64,000 nt of DNA from Octopus sinensis (Eukaryota): positions 10,974,001 through 11,038,000 of the forward strand of contig NC_042997.1 in NCBI RefSeq assembly GCF_006345805.1. The letters run 5' to 3'. Both the position numbers and the translations under genes were made by a program. Position 1 is the stretch's first letter. Every line of letters begins with the position of its first letter. Shown in pieces: positions 63,099-64,000 of the stretch. Below the pieces are notes generated by a model that was not told the origin of the DNA, searched no databases, and saw nothing but the letters and a program-made list of their open reading frames with translations.

Positions 63099-64000
63099 AC
63101 AGAATGGGTGTTCTTATTTCAGGGAAAACTCATCCAAAGTTAAACATTTAAGCTGTTAAGTGACAGAAAAGTATTTGCTAAAAGCTTTATCTGTTGACTC
63201 ATTAATTGGTGAAAGAAATCAAGCTTAATTATTATGAAAATAGAAAATAAGAAAAAGAAAGTTGATGAATAGTAAATAAAGTTCTCTGCTTCTTTTTCTC
63301 TTTCACAGACATAAGCAAATGTTCATTTAAAGAAAACAACATAAGAATACTGAAGTAAATATTTTCACGCTATTTTAAATCTCTTCTTAAAATAATGATT
63401 TCTTAGGATTAAGGGTTATTTTTGAAATGGATAATTAAAATAATTACTTTAACCAATCCAAGTATTTTACAGGTATTATTTTAAAACAAAGACAGTAGAT
63501 AGCAAAGCTTCTTAACTAACCTCTGCTCCTACTTCACTGGAGGAGGATGTATGGTGTTGAAAAACCCGAAACACCCAATGATACCAGGCACATCAATGAA
63601 GATGTGTCCAGATGCATTAGTCATTGATGTATGCACACAATGTAATAGTTCTTAGTAAAAATTATGATTTCTTACATTGGCACACAGCCACACATTTTGG
63701 TGTGCAACATTGAATATTGACTACTAATTGTTTTATCAATTCTGATGAAATAATAGGCAAAGACAATTTGGCAACATTGGAACACAAGCAAATAGCTAAA
63801 TATTCAAGCTGCCAACCACCCCTTCTTCATAATAATAATAATGATGATGATGATATAGATTTTTAACACAAAAGGTTGCAAATTTTGTGGAGGAATATAA
63901 TTGATTATATCATCTTCAGTCCTAAACCAGTATCTATTTTATCCAGAAGGATACAAGGTAAAATTGAATGTAGTAGGGTTTGAACTTAGAACATAAAGAC

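Noticed and set aside
63521-63720. Candidate first TPC1 coding exon (donor-like sites near 63520 and 63675)
   Set aside because: The required phase gives a stop or no convincing start, and there is no TPC-like sequence

Overview
AT-rich, repeat-dense eukaryotic DNA. The SINE and LINE families resemble those of octopus/coleoid cephalopods; this is recognition from memory, not a search result. The window lies within one minus-strand gene encoding a two-pore channel of the TPC1 (TPCN1) type. I reconstructed 24 GT-AG exons between 58992 and 456 (about 730 codons). They cover both 6-TM repeats, both selectivity filters (TTAN and VVNN), the PI(3,5)P2-binding basic residues and part of the C-tail. 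The first and last exons were not found in the window. All exon phases join in frame except exon 4309-4420, which is one base short; an internal in-frame cryptic acceptor could rescue it. The introns hold many TEs: RTE-type LINEs with a PHD-like finger, two tRNA-derived SINE families, Tx1-, CR1-, HERO- and Penelope-like fragments (the last with a possible hammerhead relic), mariner elements, a Chapaev3-like transposon, piggyBac and hAT MITEs, a Helitron and two Helentron-associated elements. Most ORFs in the supplied track are repeat-derived or antisense noise. The most notable points are a full R3/R4/R5 arginine set in the domain II voltage sensor, the frameshifted exon, and several TE-derived inverted repeats next to or around functionally key exons.
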